Shown: in pieces, positions 60,885 to 64,000 of the stretch
Position numbering within the stretch: position 1 is the stretch's first letter
How the letters are laid out: the number at the start of each line of letters is the position of its first letter
From: Hypanus sabinus
Lineage: Eukaryota
Length of the DNA: 64,000 bases
Direction: 5' to 3'
Assembly (NCBI RefSeq): GCF_030144855.1
Contig: NC_082717.1
Location: 5,332,001-5,396,000, forward strand
The notes under the pieces: generated by a model
What the model saw: the letters and a program-made list of their open reading frames with translations, nothing else
Told to the model about the DNA's origin: nothing
The model's database searches: none
Position numbers and translations under genes: made by a program

Positions 60885-61084
60885 GTAAGTAACCTTCTTC
60901 AATATAACACTGACGAATGTTTTCCATGAACACTTTTACTTCCTAATAGACAAATAATGAAAGTCTGTTCGATAAACACCATTACTTCCTCTTTAACCTT
61001 TCATTTAGACAATAATATGAATCAGCAGTAGGAACAGGTCCTTCTGCCCCGCTGTTGTCAGACTATTTCTACTCTCCTCTACTC

Positions 61085-61720
61085 GCCTATTTCACCTCTA
61101 CTTTCTGAGGAGGCTGAAGAGAGCTGGACTTTGCACATCCATACTCATGTCATTCTACAGATGTACAGTAGAGAACATCCTAACAAACTGCATCACTGCA
61201 CGGTACAGAAACTGCACTGCTGTGGACAGGAAAGATCTACAACAGGCAGTCCAAACTGTCCAACACTTCACCAGCACCAGCTACCCTCCATCAAGGACAC
61301 AGATACAGAAAGGTGCTACAACAGGGCCAGGAACATCATGAAGGATCCCTCCCACCCTGCTCATGGACTGTTTGTCCCACACTCGTCAGGAAACAGTTAC
61401 TTCCCCCAAGTAGTAAGACTGATCAACACCTCAACCCACTAACCCACCCCTCCACACCCACAACCACCACTACTTTATCATTTCCTGACTGTCTCCTTAT
61501 GTACAGACTGTCTTGTGCCTAATGTCACTTTTTGGATATGCAATCAATCTATATATATAAACTATTTATATAAGTATTTATATTTATTGTATATTTTTAT
61601 TGTTGTGTTCTTTATCTTCTTGTGTTTTTGTGCTGCATCAGATCCAGAGTAACAGTTATTTCATTCTGCTTCACACTTGTGAAATGGAAATGATGTTGAA
61701 CAATTTTGAATCTTGAAAGG
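61085..61720 (+). mobile_element. Rex1/Babar-like LINE 3' end
   Basis: YFLRRLKR...SFYRCTVENILTNCITARY.NCT..DRK.LQ. Confidence 0.7.
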
Positions 61721-62199
61721 ACCCCCTGTAGGATAAGACCCTTGACTCACAATCTACCTCGTTATGACCTTCTACTCTATTGTCTGTCTGCACTGCACTC
61801 TCTCTGTGACCGTCACACTTTATTCTGCACTCTGTTATTGGTTTATTTTGTCCTACCTCAGCGCACTATGGTAATGATTTGATCTGTGTGAACAGTGTGT
61901 ATGTACTTCACTCTACCTCAGTACATCTGGCAATGATAAACCAGTTTAACAATTTACCCTCAGACCTGCCCTCTTGTTTATTAAGGTCAAGGTGGTTCAA
62001 TTGTAACTGTAGCTCCATGATCCCATCTCCTCCCAGTAACTTCCCTTTGCTTATCAAGAGACCATCTCTTTCTGTTTTAAAGATTCAAAGGCTCTACTTC
62101 CAATGCCCTTTGAGGTAAAGAGGCCAAAGACTCAATGCTCAGAGAATAATAAAATCCTCTCCTCTACAAATCCTGAGGCAAATTCACGTGGGTAAATCT

Positions 62200-64000
62200 C
62201 CAGATCCTTACAAGGTGCTCCCTCAAACCCTGTGAGAAGCAAGTGCAGAAATTGCCGGGGCCCTTCCACTACCCCACTCAGGATAGGGTCCCCCTTGTCC
62301 TCACCTACCACCCCACCAGCCTCCAGATCCAACGTATAATTCTCCATAACTTCCACCACGTCCAACGGGATCCCACTACCAAGCACATCTTTCCCTCCCC
62401 TCCCTTCCTGCTTTCCGCAGGAATCGCTCCCTACGCGACTCCCTTGTCCATTCACCACCCCCCCCACCCCCCATCCCTTCCCACCGATCTCCCTCCTGGC
62501 ACTTATCCTTGCAAGTGGAACAAGTGCTACACCTGCCCTTACACTTCAGGCCCATTCAGGGCCCCAGACAGTCCTTCCAGGTGAGGTGACCCTTCACTTG
62601 TGAGTCGGCTGGTGTGGTATACTGCGTCTGGTGCTCCCATTGTGGCCTTTTATATATTGGTGAGTCCTGATACAGACTGGGAGACCGTTTCGCTGAACAC
62701 CTACGCTCTGTTTGCCAGAGAAAGCAGGATCTCCCAGTGGCCACACATTTTAATTCCACGTCCCATTCCCATTCTGATATGTCTATCCATGGCCTCCTCT
62801 ACTGTCAAGGTGAAGCCACACTCAGGTTGGAGGAACAACAGCTTATATACCGAAAAATACAAACACACCGCTGGGAGAACTCAGCAGGTCAGGCAGCATC
62901 TGTGAGAAAATAGTAGCCAACGTTTCGGGCCCTTCATCAGGAATGGGGGGGAGGAGAGGAAGCCCAGTAATAGAGATAGGGGAAGGGGTAGGGCCTAGAG
63001 GCGCCAGGTGGAAAGCCAGTCAGAGGAAAGATGAAAGGGGAGGGGGAGGGGATAAGCATGAAAGAACTGTATTGGATAACAGACCCCACCAGTTCCCCAG
63101 TACCACCACATCCCTCTGGTTGGCGGAGCTTGTTCTAACTCTCAATAACTTCTCCTTTGGTTCTTCCCACTTTCTCCAGATAAAGGGTGTAGCCATGGGC
63201 ACTCGCATGGGCCCCAGCTATGCCTGCCTCTTTGTGGAACAGTCTATGCTCCAAATCTATACCGGTACCACTCCCCAACTTTTCCTCCGCTACATCGACG
63301 ACTACATTGGTGCTGCTTCCTGCACCCATGCTGAGCTCGTCAATTTCATCAACTTTGCCTTTAATTTTCACCCAGCCCTTAAATTCACTTGGTCCATCTC
63401 GGACACTTCTCTCCCCTTCCTTGATCTCTCGGTCTCCATCTCTGGAGACAGACTGTCTACTGACACCTTCTACAAACTCACTGACTCCGATAAACATATT
63501 GGCTATACCTCTTCCCACCCTGCCCAATGCAAAAGTGCCTTTCCCTATTCCCAGTTCCTCCATCTCCACCGCATCTGCTCCCAGGAGGAGGCTTTCCATT
63601 CCAGGTCTTCTCAAATGTCCTCTTTCTTTCAGGATCGTGGTTTCCCTTCTGGCGTCATCAAAGATGCCCTCACCCGCATCTCCTCCACTCAGCCCTCAAC
63701 CCATCCTCCCGTCACTACAACAGGACTTCCCCTTGTCCTCACCTACCACCCCAACAGCCTCTGGATCCAACATATTATCCTCTGCAACTTCCGCCACCTT
63801 CAACAGGACCCACCACCGAGCACATCTTTCCCTCCCTACCCCTCTCAGCTTTTCACAGGGATCATTCCCTCGGCGACTACCTGGTCCACATATCCCTCCC
63901 CACAGATCTCCCACCTGGCACTTATCACTGCAAACACAAATGCTACACCTTTCCCCACACCTCCCCCCTTACCACCATTCTGGGCCCTAGACAGCCCTTC
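62200..64000 (+). mobile_element. Penelope-like element(s): C-terminal/GIY-YIG segment (62200-62850), inverted tail, then RT (63070-64000)
   Basis: GVAMGTRMGPSYACLF...FLRYIDDYIG...FHPALKFTWSIS...FLDL; upstream VVYCVWCSHCGLLYIGE...GDRFAEHLRSV (GIY-YIG). Confidence 0.9.

Noticed and set aside
62083-62114. Apparent exon with ag/gtaaag boundaries
   Set aside because: Lies in the reverse complement of a degenerate CR1 3' end.
1-64000. Most remaining 60-130-aa ORFs in the track
   Set aside because: Fragments or antisense/alternate frames of CR1, L1, RTE, Rex1, PLE and Tc1 sequences; no independent gene evidence.

Overview
Eukaryotic, repeat-dense genomic DNA. The repeat landscape (CR1 with GDSL-esterase ORF1, L1/Tx1, RTE, Rex1/Babar, Penelope-like, HE1-type V-SINEs, Tc1, Gypsy LTRs) and the Ig-like exons suggest a cartilaginous fish, probably a ray or skate; this is inference. 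Most of the window, and nearly every ORF in the supplied track, is transposon debris. Reading splice sites by hand reveals one phase-consistent + strand gene over about 56 kb: leader exon 4177-4225, Ig V-J exon 25218-25580, second Ig V-J exon 42766-43110, transmembrane exon 52968-53112, cytoplasmic exon 60316-60359, then alternative 3' exons (60517 onward, or 60841-60884). It predicts a type I receptor of about 317 aa: signal peptide, two tandem antigen-receptor-like V domains with J motifs already joined in the germline, no C domain found, no RSS at the coding ends, an uncharged TM helix and a TVYANV tyrosine motif (ITSM and Grb2/ITT-like). I cannot assign a gene symbol or check novelty without a database search. 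Secondary observations: a three-level nested retroelement stack, a twin-primed L1, a solo LTR with a 29-bp flanking duplication, a 48-bp minisatellite grown from a LINE tail, and decayed hammerhead-ribozyme motifs in Penelope tails. Repeat boundaries are approximate unless a TSD is given.
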